A DNA stretch of 64,000 nt from Rhizaria sp. SCN 62-66 (taxonomy: Eukaryota), in contig MEDY01000069.1 in the NCBI GenBank assembly GCA_001724265.1, forward strand, positions 62,001 to 126,000, given 5' to 3'. The position numbers and the translations under genes were made by a program. The stretch's first letter is position 1. Each line of letters opens with the position of its first letter. Shown here piece after piece: positions 10,789 to 23,713 of the stretch. Below the pieces are notes generated by a model. That model was not told the DNA's origin, ran no database searches, and saw only the letters and a list, made by a program, of their open reading frames with translations.

Positions 10789-13700
10789 TCAATCATAGCT
10801 GAGCGAGATAGCGTCAAGCCGAACAAGCACCTGACTGCCGTCCTCACCCTCCACCGGGTTCCCGTCGCCGTCCACGAGCGCCGTGATGACCTTGCGCTGC
10901 GAGACGACGTCGGTGGCGAAGACCGCGAACGAGCCCAGCGTCTCGCCAGTCTCCGCGGGCGGCTTGTCGGGCAGCGAGATCTTCCCGCCGCGCACGCGCT
11001 CCTTGTACATCTCGAACTGCTTGTGGAACGCCTGGTTCACGTAATCGACGTTGACGCTCTCGACGTCGAGCAGCATGATCGCGAACTCGGCCGACGGCGA
11101 CTCGGGATAGTACTCCAGCACCAGCTGCTGCGCGAACACAGGATTCCCAACCTCGGCCAGACACTCCGTCGTCTGCCCGCTGAACTCCCAGCCGCCGTCC
11201 GCGCCGCGCCGGTACACAAACGCGATCGGGTTTGCGTACCGCGCCGCGATCGTGACTTCTTTCGCGGTCGCGGCCGCGGCCTCGGCCGCCGCCGCAGCCG
11301 CGGCAGGGTCCATGGCGCGCAGGGGGAGGTTGTGGCACGACAGCTGCACGGTGAGCAAGTGCGTGCCCTGCCCCGACGGTGCCGGCGCGAGCCCGGAGTC
11401 GGCGTCGTACGTGTGTTGCGCGGCCTGCGCCGCGGCCCACTCCCCGGGGAAGGCCTCGCCCAGGCCGGGGCCGAGCGGACCGGAGAGGCCTGGAATGCTA
11501 GAGCGCCGTTGCCGCTCAAGCTGCTGCTGGATCTGCAGCAGGTTCTGCGCATGCAGCAGGTTGTTCTGCATAATCTGCGCCTGCGACATCCCCTGAGGCT
11601 GTGGCTGCTGTTGCTGTTGCTGCTGCTGAACGGAGGCGGATGAGCCGCGGCGCATGCCTGCGCGCTGTTGCTGCTGCTGCTGTTGCTGCTGTTGGCGCTG
11701 CGTCTCGCCCTTGCTCTCGCGCAGACGCCGCAAGTCGCCGCCCTTGTGCAGGTTGTCTGTGCTGCCGCTGCGGGGCGCGGGTGTCATCGCGGGGCCCAGC
11801 GCGTCGCCGCTGCCCATGACCTGCGACGACCGCCGGCCCGAGCGCGGCGCCAGCGGGGACGCCAGCTGCGCGTAGTACGCCTCCTGCTGCTGCTGCCGCG
11901 CGCGCGCCTTGGCGTCCTTTTCGCCGGCCGCGTTGTGGCCGTGCGCTGCGGTCGACGTGGGCGACAGCGGACGGCTGCTATGACCGTCGCCGCCAGTGCC
12001 CGCGTCCGCGTCCGACAGCGCCTCGCTGTCGCCGACGGATCTAGGCTCGGGGATACCGCGTAACGGCGAGGCCGGGTTAGACGCGCGCCGCCGCGCCATG
12101 GGGGCAGCAACGCCGCCATTGCTGTGGAAGCCAGAGGCTGAGCCGGTGGGCGACGTCGAGCCGACCGGGGAGGCGCTGAAGCGGCCGCCGTCGCCGCCGT
12201 CGCCATCGCCTTGCGGGGACGACTGTGAGACGACAACGCGCGCCTTGGGCGTGAAGAGCGCGACCGTGGGGTCGTTAGAGGCGTCGCCGTGATCGTCGTC
12301 GTGCGCGGGCGGGTACAAAGCAGGCAGATGCGACGGCACGGCGCCGCCGCGGCGCGAGTGCGCGTTGGCGTTGGCGTTGGACGGCGCGCCAGAAGCTCCG
12401 GAGGGCGTGGGAGCCGGCAGGGGCGGGCGGCGGCTGGCCAGGTAGGCTCGTGAGTCCGCAGAACTGTGGTACGTCTGCTGCCCGTTGTTGCCGTAGCCTT
12501 GATCGTCGTAGTAGCCACCCTGGTCGCCGCTGCTATCATAATCACCGTATTGGCCGTCGCCGCTGCCGTCATCACCGTAGTAGTCAGGGTGCTGGTTCGC
12601 GCGGATGTCGTTGTTATTGTTGTCTTCGGGCGCAACGCTAACGGTCATATCAGGCTTGAGGTCGATGCACAGCGACATTGCAGGTGCGAGCTGGCGACGC
12701 GCGGGCGCACGGCGCCGCGGCGAGCCCCGGGTGGAGCTAGAGCCATCAGCACCCTGCTCACGGTCGGTGTCCTGGCCTAGACCGTCGTCGTGGTCGTGGC
12801 CGTGCTCGTCGTCGGAGTTGTCGTCGTTCTCGTCGGCTTCGGCGGGGTTGTTGGGCACGAAGCAGCACGACGCGAGCAACGCCCTGGCGAGCCCGACCCT
12901 GTGTCCGGGGTCAAACATCGCGTTCTGGCGGCCGTACACGCTCTTAAGCTGCGCCACGGGCAGCGACACTGCATACGCAGTCAGCGAAGGGAGGTCAAGC
13001 ACGCGGATCTCAATCGCCCACTGCGGTGTGACGAGCTCGCTGACGACCACGGCAACGTGGCGGTTCGACAGCAGCGTCTCGCCGCGCAGCAGCGTCGTCT
13101 GCGGCGCCGTCTCGCGCGCGAACAGCGAACGCATCTGTGGCAGCGACAGAGACGCATTGGGATTCAGAATGAGTGTCGTCGTGTTCTTCTTGCCGCTAGG
13201 CCCGCGCTGGTACGCCGCAGCGTTGGCGTCGTCGGCGTCACGGCGCTTTCTGCCCCCGCGTCTCCCGGCGTTGGCCGCGGCATGGAGAGCGGCTGCGCCG
13301 TGCTCACGCCGCTGCTGCGCCGCGAGCGTCGTGGTTGGGCCCGGCGCGACGGGGTCCGTGCCCGCCAGCGCGTGCCACGCGCGCGACTGCGCCGTGGGGA
13401 TGCGCGCGCTGCCGTCGCTGTGGTGGTCGCGCGCGGACGCGCCGCCGCCGCTGCCGTGCGCCTGGAGAAACTCTAGTCGCTTGCGCTGCGTGGCGTTGGC
13501 GGGCGCGACGCCGTTGCTCGTGGTTCCGCGCGCGGCCTGGTCGGCCTCGATTTCGGCGCGTTGCTGCTCGGTGATCACGCCGAAGTCGTGCAGCGCGGCG
13601 ACCGACGCGCCGGGCCCGCGCGACAGCGGGTCCTGGTACGGGAAGCGCGACGCGTTCTGTGCGCGACGACGCTTCTCCTCGGCGTGAGCGACCCACTGCG

Positions 13701-14142
13701 CGCGCGAGTGAACGGGCGGAACGGCGGCAAGGCGCTTGTAGAGCTTGAGATTGTCCTGGGTGATCTTGTCGTGGCGTTTGGCGCGCGCCACAGCATGCAG
13801 CGTGGGCGGCGGCGGCGGCGGGGCGGAGATTTCGTTCAGCAACGACGTCTGGTTCGGCGGGGGGCGCGCGGCCGTGTCGGTGGGACGCAGCAGAGAACGC
13901 ATCTTCTCGACCATCTGGATGTTTGCGCGCTGGATGCGGGCCTGTTCCTCGTACTCGGCCTGGATCTTTTTCGGGTTGCACCGCAGGTGCGGGAACTCTG
14001 GCGGCGCAGCATTGTCGATCATGGGGCGCGTGGTGCGCAGGCGCTCCTTGTGGAGGATGCGGCTGCGGTGCAGGTGCGTCAGGTCCGCTAAGGTCGGCGC
14101 GTCGCTGCTCACCGCAAAGGGGTTGCGCCCGGTGTGAGACAT
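10789..14142 (-). CDS. CFAP97 (KIAA1430/Hemingway)-domain protein with a C-terminal copine-like C2 domain, about 1117 aa
   Basis: N-terminal HKERLRTTRPMIDNAAP...NPKKIQAEYEEQARIQRANIQMVEKM...RHDKITQDNLKLYKRL matches the CFAP97 pattern. C-terminal VQLSCHNLP...NPIAFVY...WEFSGQTTEC..GNPVFAQQLVLEYYPE is C2-like. TGA stop. Confidence 0.75.
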   Translation of the reverse strand: MSHTGRNPFAVSSDAPTLADLTHLHRSRILHKERLRTTRPMIDNAAPPEFPHLRCNPKKIQAEYEEQARIQRANIQMVEKMRSLLRPTDTAARPPPNQTSLLNEISAPPPPPPTLHAVARAKRHDKITQDNLKLYKRLAAVPPVHSRAQWVAHAEEKRRRAQNASRFPYQDPLSRGPGASVAALHDFGVITEQQRAEIEADQAARGTTSNGVAPANATQRKRLEFLQAHGSGGGASARDHHSDGSARIPTAQSRAWHALAGTDPVAPGPTTTLAAQQRREHGAAALHAAANAGRRGGRKRRDADDANAAAYQRGPSGKKNTTTLILNPNASLSLPQMRSLFARETAPQTTLLRGETLLSNRHVAVVVSELVTPQWAIEIRVLDLPSLTAYAVSLPVAQLKSVYGRQNAMFDPGHRVGLARALLASCCFVPNNPAEADENDDNSDDEHGHDHDDGLGQDTDREQGADGSSSTRGSPRRRAPARRQLAPAMSLCIDLKPDMTVSVAPEDNNNNDIRANQHPDYYGDDGSGDGQYGDYDSSGDQGGYYDDQGYGNNGQQTYHSSADSRAYLASRRPPLPAPTPSGASGAPSNANANAHSRRGGAVPSHLPALYPPAHDDDHGDASNDPTVALFTPKARVVVSQSSPQGDGDGGDGGRFSASPVGSTSPTGSASGFHSNGGVAAPMARRRASNPASPLRGIPEPRSVGDSEALSDADAGTGGDGHSSRPLSPTSTAAHGHNAAGEKDAKARARQQQQEAYYAQLASPLAPRSGRRSSQVMGSGDALGPAMTPAPRSGSTDNLHKGGDLRRLRESKGETQRQQQQQQQQQQRAGMRRGSSASVQQQQQQQQPQPQGMSQAQIMQNNLLHAQNLLQIQQQLERQRRSSIPGLSGPLGPGLGEAFPGEWAAAQAAQHTYDADSGLAPAPSGQGTHLLTVQLSCHNLPLRAMDPAAAAAAAEAAAATAKEVTIAARYANPIAFVYRRGADGGWEFSGQTTECLAEVGNPVFAQQLVLEYYPESPSAEFAIMLLDVESVNVDYVNQAFHKQFEMYKERVRGGKISLPDKPPAETGETLGSFAVFATDVVSQRKVITALVDGDGNPVEGEDGSQVLVRLDAISLSYD

Positions 14143-15173
14143 CGGTGGCGACGAAGAATGACGAAGCAAGACCTTGCTTGTTCTGTGTAGGGTCTTCCCC
14201 TTCGCGTTGTTAAGGTATGTCCTTTGATGAGGTAAGACTGACTTTTGGAGTGGGTCTGGGGAAAGCTATAGAGAAAAGCAGATGCAGAAAGTGCAGTTTG
14301 AGTCTAAGTCCGCGCTAAATCTGAATTATGCAGTGCTGCATGATGTAGAGGGCGATGAGTGAGGGTCGCGAGGCGTTACTGAAATGCGCTTTGTGGGGGG
14401 TGCATCATGGCCCTACACAAAGCGTTTCACAACCTATAAAGTATATTGTTAAGTAGAACACATCACTGCTCATTGATTCATGGACGACTAGACCTAGATA
14501 ACGATGACACGACGTATTGCAGACACTTGAGATTCCTTCGTCGGTCTGTTCTTCGTTGGGTTTGCCAGATGTCTTCAAGATGAGTTCCGAAAAAGTCGAG
14601 GGGCGTCGTCTCCTGCCGCTCAAAGTGGCTTATCGTGAGTCAACTCCGTCTGCACAGAGGGCTATAGTGTACGGAGGGGAGCGCTATCAGCCGATTCGGG
14701 ACGTCATGACCTCTCGGGTGTGTTGTCGGTTTTTATGTGATTCGACAGCGGTCTAGGAACGCGTAGTTGATCCGCCATTTCCAAGGGTCTTCGTCTACAT
14801 GTCTGACGAAGGCGAGCTTCATGTTCCAACTGCGCTGTTGCGGGCCACTTTTTCGTTTATTTATGTTCGCGCCCTGGTCATTCCCTAATTAATCCCGTAT
14901 AATCTATTGTCTGTACTGCGATTGCATTCGTTGATATGCTCGTATCTTGACTCCACAGCTGTGACCACAATCGGCTTTGTGCTTCGACCGTTCGCCATGT
15001 TTTCTCGTCTCGACCCATTCCCTAACAACTCCCACTCACCCGGCGAACATTGCCGTTTTGTTATCTTGCACCATTTGTAGACTCCTCGGCCCAGCCGAGC
15101 GTAGCGTGCGTTCCTCTTCGCTTCGACTCAGACTGCCCCGCCTCTCGCTGGGACTTCCTTCAGTCAGAGCTCG

Positions 15174-15210
15174 ATTGGACTGGACTGGACTCGACTTCGA
15201 CTCCACTTCA
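15174..15210. repeat. Degenerate TGGAC/TCGAC pentamer repeat upstream of the WW-RING gene
   Basis: Visible run attggactggactggactcgacttcgactccacttca. Confidence 0.5.
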
Positions 15211-15296
15211 GTTTTTCTCTTGTCTTTTGTCTTACTTCCTAGTTAGGCTTGACTGGCTGACTCTACTTACTGCCCGAGAGAGCAACTTGTAACGAA

Positions 15297-16861
<1,565 letters not shown>

Positions 16862-17785
16862 GTTGTTACGGTGACGGTTAATGAAATAACGACTTGTTGT
16901 TCGTTTGGTTTGCTCATGTTCCCTTTGTTATGTTTCATTGTCCTCCTCTTGTGCTAATTCTTTTGTTCTAGTTTATCCAGTGTTCTTTTGTTTTCATCTT
17001 TGTTTATATCGTTATGTGCGTTGATCATATACTCGTACTTGCCTTATTGTATCTGCTGCTGTGTTTCCCGAGTAAACTTCCTTGGTGACTGGATGCTTTG
17101 TATAGCTACCTGACACTGTCAGACGGTGTGATTTGTCTATATCCTGTGATGTTGGAGCCCGCATATCTTGTTCCGAGCTGCGCGAATGCTGTCTGCGAGC
17201 AGTGTGATATACCATGTGCTACCAATGAATGCGTTGCGAGTAACAGAGATAGACACCCGCCTGAGTTCACGGAAGATGTGTGTACAGAATCAATGTTTTT
17301 GCAGAATACATGTCACTATCTTAAAGCTGGAACATACGAATATTGCATCGTTAGACGAACAATTGACTCGCGTTTAAGCGCAAACTTGCCCCAATCAAGT
17401 ACGGCACTCTCTGGCACTGGCAATGGCGTCGAGAGGCCGGTCTGCAGTCGGGACGTCGCCGGCAACAATGCTGGTGGAATTGCGATGCACTTTGTTCATT
17501 AAGATAATATTTAGCGAATTAATTGAGAGGCAACTATCTAGTTGTATTGGTTTGTACATTTCTATATCTTGGGGTTGCATACTCAGCTTATTATCTCAAT
17601 ATCTGCATCCACCTTCCCTCCGTCGACTCGTTTAGGCGCCCCAACCTTCTCCATCCAGATACCCCACCTCCCCAGAACCCCCTAGGGCCCGTTGCACACG
17701 CATTTGATTTACCACACTGTGTTGTACCTACGCCACCCACCTAAAACGCTGTCTGAGGCCGGTTGGCGCTTCCCCAGCTCTCCCG

Positions 17786-20700
17786 ATGGACACAATCCTT
17801 ACACCGTCTGTACTGGACGCTGAATACGTCCTTCAATGTCTCTACACGCCTTACTCCGTTGTTCGTAAACGCCTCGTTGTCTTCAAGGCTATCCGCGAGG
17901 TATGTGATTTACTGCGACCGCACTCACTACATAATTTGCTCTGTTATTATGGCACAATCTCCCTTTTCCCACTCTCACCACGTCCCCAAATACCCATGTC
18001 CACTGAACCTTCCTTTCCTGTCCGCTCTCTCTCTCGCACTTAGCTCATCCGCATGGTTGACGCCGGCGCCCCCGTATACGTCTACGGCAGCGGTCCTCGC
18101 TCTGTGGCGCTGCCCGGCGGCGACATCGACATCGGCGTGCTCACCCCATTCGCGCCCCAGACCTTCCTCGCAGCCTTGCAGCACACCATGTACCTCACCG
18201 CCGCCGGACAAGAGGCCACCAAGGAGGCCGCAGCCGACCGCGCCTGTGCCGCTTCACCAGCCTTCTTGCGCGCACCCTTTTTGCCGCAGCAATAGCAGCA
18301 GGTGCAGGGGCCAGCAACTCCCAACCGGGCCCTGGCCCTGGCACACGCCGCCAAAGCTGCCCCGCACGCGTCATCTTCATCCTCTTCATCGTCCGGCTTG
18401 AGCGCAGCTGCGGCCGGTCAGAACGGGCCCGCGGTGACCGTGGATGCTGACGGGGCCGTGACCGTCGCTGTGCCGCTTCCGGGAGGATCTGCTGGCAGTG
18501 GCGCTGGCAAGGCTGACACTGGCAAGGCTGCCCACAGTCACCGCTGCCCGCGCTGTTCGGGCCGCATCAAGCCCCCTTCTATTTCCGGCCTTGGTGTCGG
18601 GACTTGCTGTGAGCCGGAGACTGGGGCTGTGGCGGCCGCGGCACGGACGCTGCTGGACGGACTGGGCGTGCTGCCCTGGGCCGCCCCGCCACGGTTCAAA
18701 ACGCTCTCGGCAGCGCTGACGACCGCGATCACCAACACCTACGCCTCCACCGCCGCTGGAGCCGCTACAGCCACCGCCACGCTTGCGGTCGCCGGCGCGA
18801 CGCCTGTGGAGGGCGCGGTACTGCAGCCTCGACAGGTGCAACAGCTGCTGATGACGAACGCGCTGCTGGCGTTGCGCCGGTACCGGCTGACCCCGCAGCA
18901 GCACAAACAGGCCGCCCTTGGTATCCAGCCTAGCAGCAACAACAACAACATTAGCAGCAGCAACAATGCCCACGCGAAGCCTGTGTTGAGCCCGGAGGTT
19001 GCTGCCGCCGTTGCGGCGCTGCTGTCGCATTTGCAGGCGGCACCGGCAGGTCAGTCGTGTCATGATGAGAACCCAACCTCTTCGCTGACTGCGCCGATTA
19101 CTGTTGTGGCCGCACCTGCTGTGCCTGCTGTTGGTGGCCGGAACACGTCCGGTGCGAAGCTTTGTGGCCACGACCACGAGACCAAGTGCGACGGACACTT
19201 GGACGCTGATGACGGCAAGTGCAGCTGCAACTGCGCATGCACTACTAGCGACGCGAGTCTTGTCGTTGGCAACAGGAAAGCTGCCAAGAAGGACCGCGCC
19301 GCCGCAGATGCGCGTACTAGCGATGTCAACAGCGCCGGCGACTACGACTGCACTTGCGTTGTCAGCATTGCAGGCGGCTTACCTTGCAGCACGGACGCCG
19401 TGAACCACCGCGATTTCATGCACTGTCCCGCAGTCAGCCACGTGACGGTGCTAACGTCGTCCGAGGTCAAGCTGCTCAAGTGCCAAGTCGACGGCATTCC
19501 CGTCGACGTGTCGGTCAACACAATCGCCGGCGTCAGCGCGCTGTGCTTTCTGACACAGATCGAGGAGTGCATTGACGGCGTCACGCATGGTCCCATTGCG
19601 ACGAATACGCCTAGCTTGGCAAGTCCAGTCAGTGGCACCACAGGCGCTAACATCGACGCTCCCGTGACCGGCAACAATGACGACTTCCCCGCACTGTCCG
19701 CGGCGCCGCCGCAGCAGGCTGAAACCGGTAAGGGCAAGGGCAAGGGCAAGAATAAGCAGAACAGCAGCGCCAGTGCCTCCGCCAGCCACATCGCTGACTC
19801 AAGCCCCCGTGAGTCCGTCCCAGACGCGGCCTCCACAGCGGCGACGGCGGCTGCCGCGGCGTCACCAGTGCTGCCGAGGCACCTGCTGAAGCGCTCAGTA
19901 ATGCTCGTCAAGGCCTGGGCGCTCAAGGAGGCGCGGCTACTCGCGTCTAGACATTACCTGCTGTCGTCGTACGCCGTCGAGACAATGGTGATCTTCACCA
20001 TCAATCACTTCTACGCCGACTTGTCATACTGTTCGATTCCCTCGGCCGCGTCAACAGCGCCAGCACCAGCGCAGTCATCAACAAAGACTCCCCTCGACCC
20101 GCGCATGCTGCCGCTGTCCCCACTGTCGGTGTTCATTCGTTTTGTCGACATTTTCGCTACGTTCGACTTCTCACGCTTTGCAGTCTCGCTCGCCGGTCCG
20201 ATCCCGCTCAAGCCCCTCCCGGCCGCTGCCTACGCCTCTGCTTCCGCCTCTGTCTCTGGCCCGTCCGCGACTGAGCTTGCGACTGGTGCCTCACCGCTGC
20301 CCGGGGTCAGTCTCCACTCTCTCCGGCCCTACGACTTGACCTCCACAGCGGCCGCAATCGCCGCTGTCACTGCCACTACTAATACTAGCTCCACGGTGCT
20401 GTTGCCGTCGCGTGACGCCAACGCGCTTGACACTGCGGCCTCGTCGGGCTCGCTCTGGCTTGGCGTGCCGTACCCCACATATCACTATCTTTCCAGTAAC
20501 AATATCAACGATGACACTCCACGCTCAAGCAGCGCCACGAACGCTGCTTCGCATGTCCCCGTTCTTGGCCGTGCCAGTAGTGACTCCGAGGCCGCGCTGC
20601 CCTTCACGGCCCGCGCCGCCGCCGCACGCGCCCGCGGCGGCCCTCTGCTGTCCCAGCGCCAGCTGCAGGAGCTCATGTTTGGCAACGGCGGCCACGAGGC

Positions 20701-22731
20701 CAGCACGACGGTCGACCCTTTCACGGCCTCGGCGGCGGCGTCGGCGGCCGCGCACTCCGCGGTCTCGGCAGTCAACGCCGCGGCCGCACAGGCCGCCGCC
20801 GCCACCGCCGCAGCTGCTACTGCAGGCTCTAGTCCGACTGCGACAGGCGAGTTGAAGCGCTCCGGCAGTGAGGGCCACAACGGCGACTCCCCGGCGGCCA
20901 CGACACCGGTGGCCCAGGACCCCGCCTCTCAGACTGCAGCAGCTGCCGCCGTCGCAGCCGCCCCCAAGGCTGCGGCGGCGCTGTCCGGCAAGCAGTCGTT
21001 CGCCGAGGTCGTGTCAGACTCGCTGCACAAGGCACGGCCGCGCTCCGTCTCGGCCTCGGCCTCTGTCTCGACCTCCGCTGGCACTGGCACTGGCGTGGGC
21101 GCCGCGGGTGTTGTCGCCTCATGCCAGTCGACGTCTCCAGTCGCCGTGAACGCGAGTCTTGCGACCGCCACAGCAACGGCACCTAACGCCACACCTGCGG
21201 CCCCTGTGGCTGCGTCGGCGCGCCCGCCTCTGGCCAGCTCCCCCGACTCCTCGTCTTCGTCCTCGTTCTCGTCCTCGTCTTCGTCCGCCACTGCGGCGGC
21301 ACCCAGCGCCGGTGCGCGGCCGCCGGCGAGCGCGAGCGCACGGCTGAGCGGGAGCGTCACGACCCCCGCGGCCGCGCCTGCCCCGGTCCCGGCCCAGTCG
21401 GATCCGCTGGCGCTGCCCGCGGTGCCAACTCTGCTCGTGCCCTCGGCACCCATGCGCCGCTCGCTCACGCTCTTCGAGCACCACTATGCGGCCGCCACCG
21501 CCGCAGCCGCCGCGGCCGCGGCCGCCGCCGCCGCCGCAGCAGCTGCCGCAGCCGCTTCGGTGTCGCAGGCCGACTCTGTGTCCACCGGCACGCCCGCAAC
21601 CGCGGCTGCGGGCGCCGCTGCGACTGCGGCTTCGGCAGCCGGCGCTGCTGCGAGCGTTGCTGGTGCGATCCCGGCGGGCCAAGGCCGGCCGCCGACCCCC
21701 GCGCTGAGCACCGCGGTGGCGCCGTCCGTGGCCGGCGTGCCCGTGAGCGCGATGATGCTCAGCGGCGGCGCGGGCGAGCTGCCCCTTGTCGTCGTCGACC
21801 CGCTCGACGCCGGGAATAACATCGCGCGCGCGGTGTCGGCCTCGAGTGCGCTCCGCATCACCGCGGCGCTCGCGCGGGCGCGGGCCATCGTCGGCGAGGT
21901 CTGGGCCTCCGCTGTCTCTGTCCTCAACGCGAGCAGCAGTGACTGCAGCGCTGTTGCTGCGCTTCCCGAGGCAGATGCAGAGACTGCTGCCGAGGCCGAG
22001 GCCGCTGCCGTGCGCGCGCGTGCCGCCTTTGTCTCCGGCGTGGGCACCCGGCTCTTCAACAACACGCTCTCCAGCTACGACTCTGCGAACCCCGTCACGG
22101 GCGCCGCCGTCACCGCCGCTGCCGCCGCGGCCGCCGTTGCCGCTCCCGCTGACGCCGCGCGCGCCACGGCGGGCACGCGCCCGTCGCTGGACGCGTGGAC
22201 GTGGTCCGTGCCGTCCGCCGTGCTCGTCGAGCAGCGCGCGCGGCTGCGCGAAACGAGCAGCGCCGTCGCGGCGCTGCGGCCGACGCTGTACAACCACTAC
22301 CACAGCTACCACGCGTACATCGCCCACGCCAACGCCGCGGCCAACAACCAGGCGCGGCTGCAAGTGCAGGCGCAGGCGCAGGCGCTCTCGATGCAGCAGC
22401 AGGCGCAGTTCGCGCAGCAGCAACAGCAGCTTGCGCAGCAGGGCGGGGCGTCCCAGTCGCCGCAGCAGCCGCAGCTGTCGTTCCAGCCGCTGCCGGTGCC
22501 GCCGCAGCCCGGGCTGGTGCCCGCGCTGCCGCCGTCGTTCCCGCTGCACATCGCACCGCACGCGGTGCCCGCGCACAGCCACGCCGCGCTGGTGGCGCTG
22601 GCTGCGCACTACGGCATTTTCGTCCCGACGTTGGCCTACGCGGCGATGCAGCAGCAGCAGCAGTCGTCGCACACTGGCGGCGCGGGCCTCGGCGGCGACG
22701 GAGCGCTGCCACCCGGCGTGATGCTCATGTC

Positions 22732-22770
<39 letters not shown>

Positions 22771-23649
22771 GTCGCCGTTCGGCGCCGTGGTCTACGGCAA
22801 TAGCCCTAGCGGCATTCCACCGCCGCCCCAGTTCGCACCCCACGGCCACCCGCAGCAGCAGGCGCCGTTCGGCTGGCCGGCCCACGCCCACAGTCCCTTC
22901 GCTGCCCACAGTCAGTTCGCTGTCCATGGCCCCGCGTTCGGCCCCGGCGGCAGCCCCGGCGCACCCGGCGGCGGCGGCGGCGGCTACGGCTTTGTGGCCC
23001 ACGGCCTTCCGCACCCGCACAGCGGTCCGCACGGTGGGGGCCCGTTGCACATGCACATGTCCGCGGCCGGGCCGCCAGTGTATGGCGGCGGCGGCGCCGT
23101 GGCGATGGGCGGCATTCCCGGCTTGGCGGGGCTGCCGCCGATGCTGCCGCACGGCAACGCGCTTTACTTCACCTCCCACCAGCAGCCATATCAAGCACAG
23201 TCGCAGTCGCATGGCCAGGCTCAGGGCCAGGGCCCGCACCGCAGTCGTGGCGGCTCCCCGATGCTCGCACCCACCGGCCCCGGCGCCGGGGGCGGCAGCG
23301 CCAGCGGCGGTGTGCCCCCGCCTCTGCAGTATGGCCGCCAGACGCCGCCGCTGCTCGCCGCGCGCGCGCCGCTGCCGCCGTCGGGGCTCGCCGCCAGCAC
23401 CAGCGCCAGCGCGAACGCCAACGCTGCCGCGAGCGTGACTGTGCACAGCGGCGCCGGCGTTTTTGCGTCGTCGTCATCGTCATCCTCGCCGTCGTCTCCA
23501 CTGCAGCCGTCGCCGCATGCGGTCGCGCATGCAACCGCGACCACGGGCGCTGCGCCGGCGCCGGTGGCGCAGTCGTTCGCGTCCGTGGTCGCGGCGGCGA
23601 GCGGCTCGCCACAACTGCAGGCGCTCAACGTGGCCGTGCCCCCGCCGTT

Positions 23650-23713
<64 letters not shown>

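Noticed and set aside
14517-14888. Intergenic ORF that would lengthen if its TAG at 14754 were sense
   Set aside because: No recognisable motif, no GC3 bias, and it lies in a divergent promoter region.
17012-17744. Short ORFs in AT-rich spacers (also 7036-7239, 32064-32492, 40307-40567, 62397-62738)
   Set aside because: Intergenic composition, mostly non-ATG starts, and no protein-like features.
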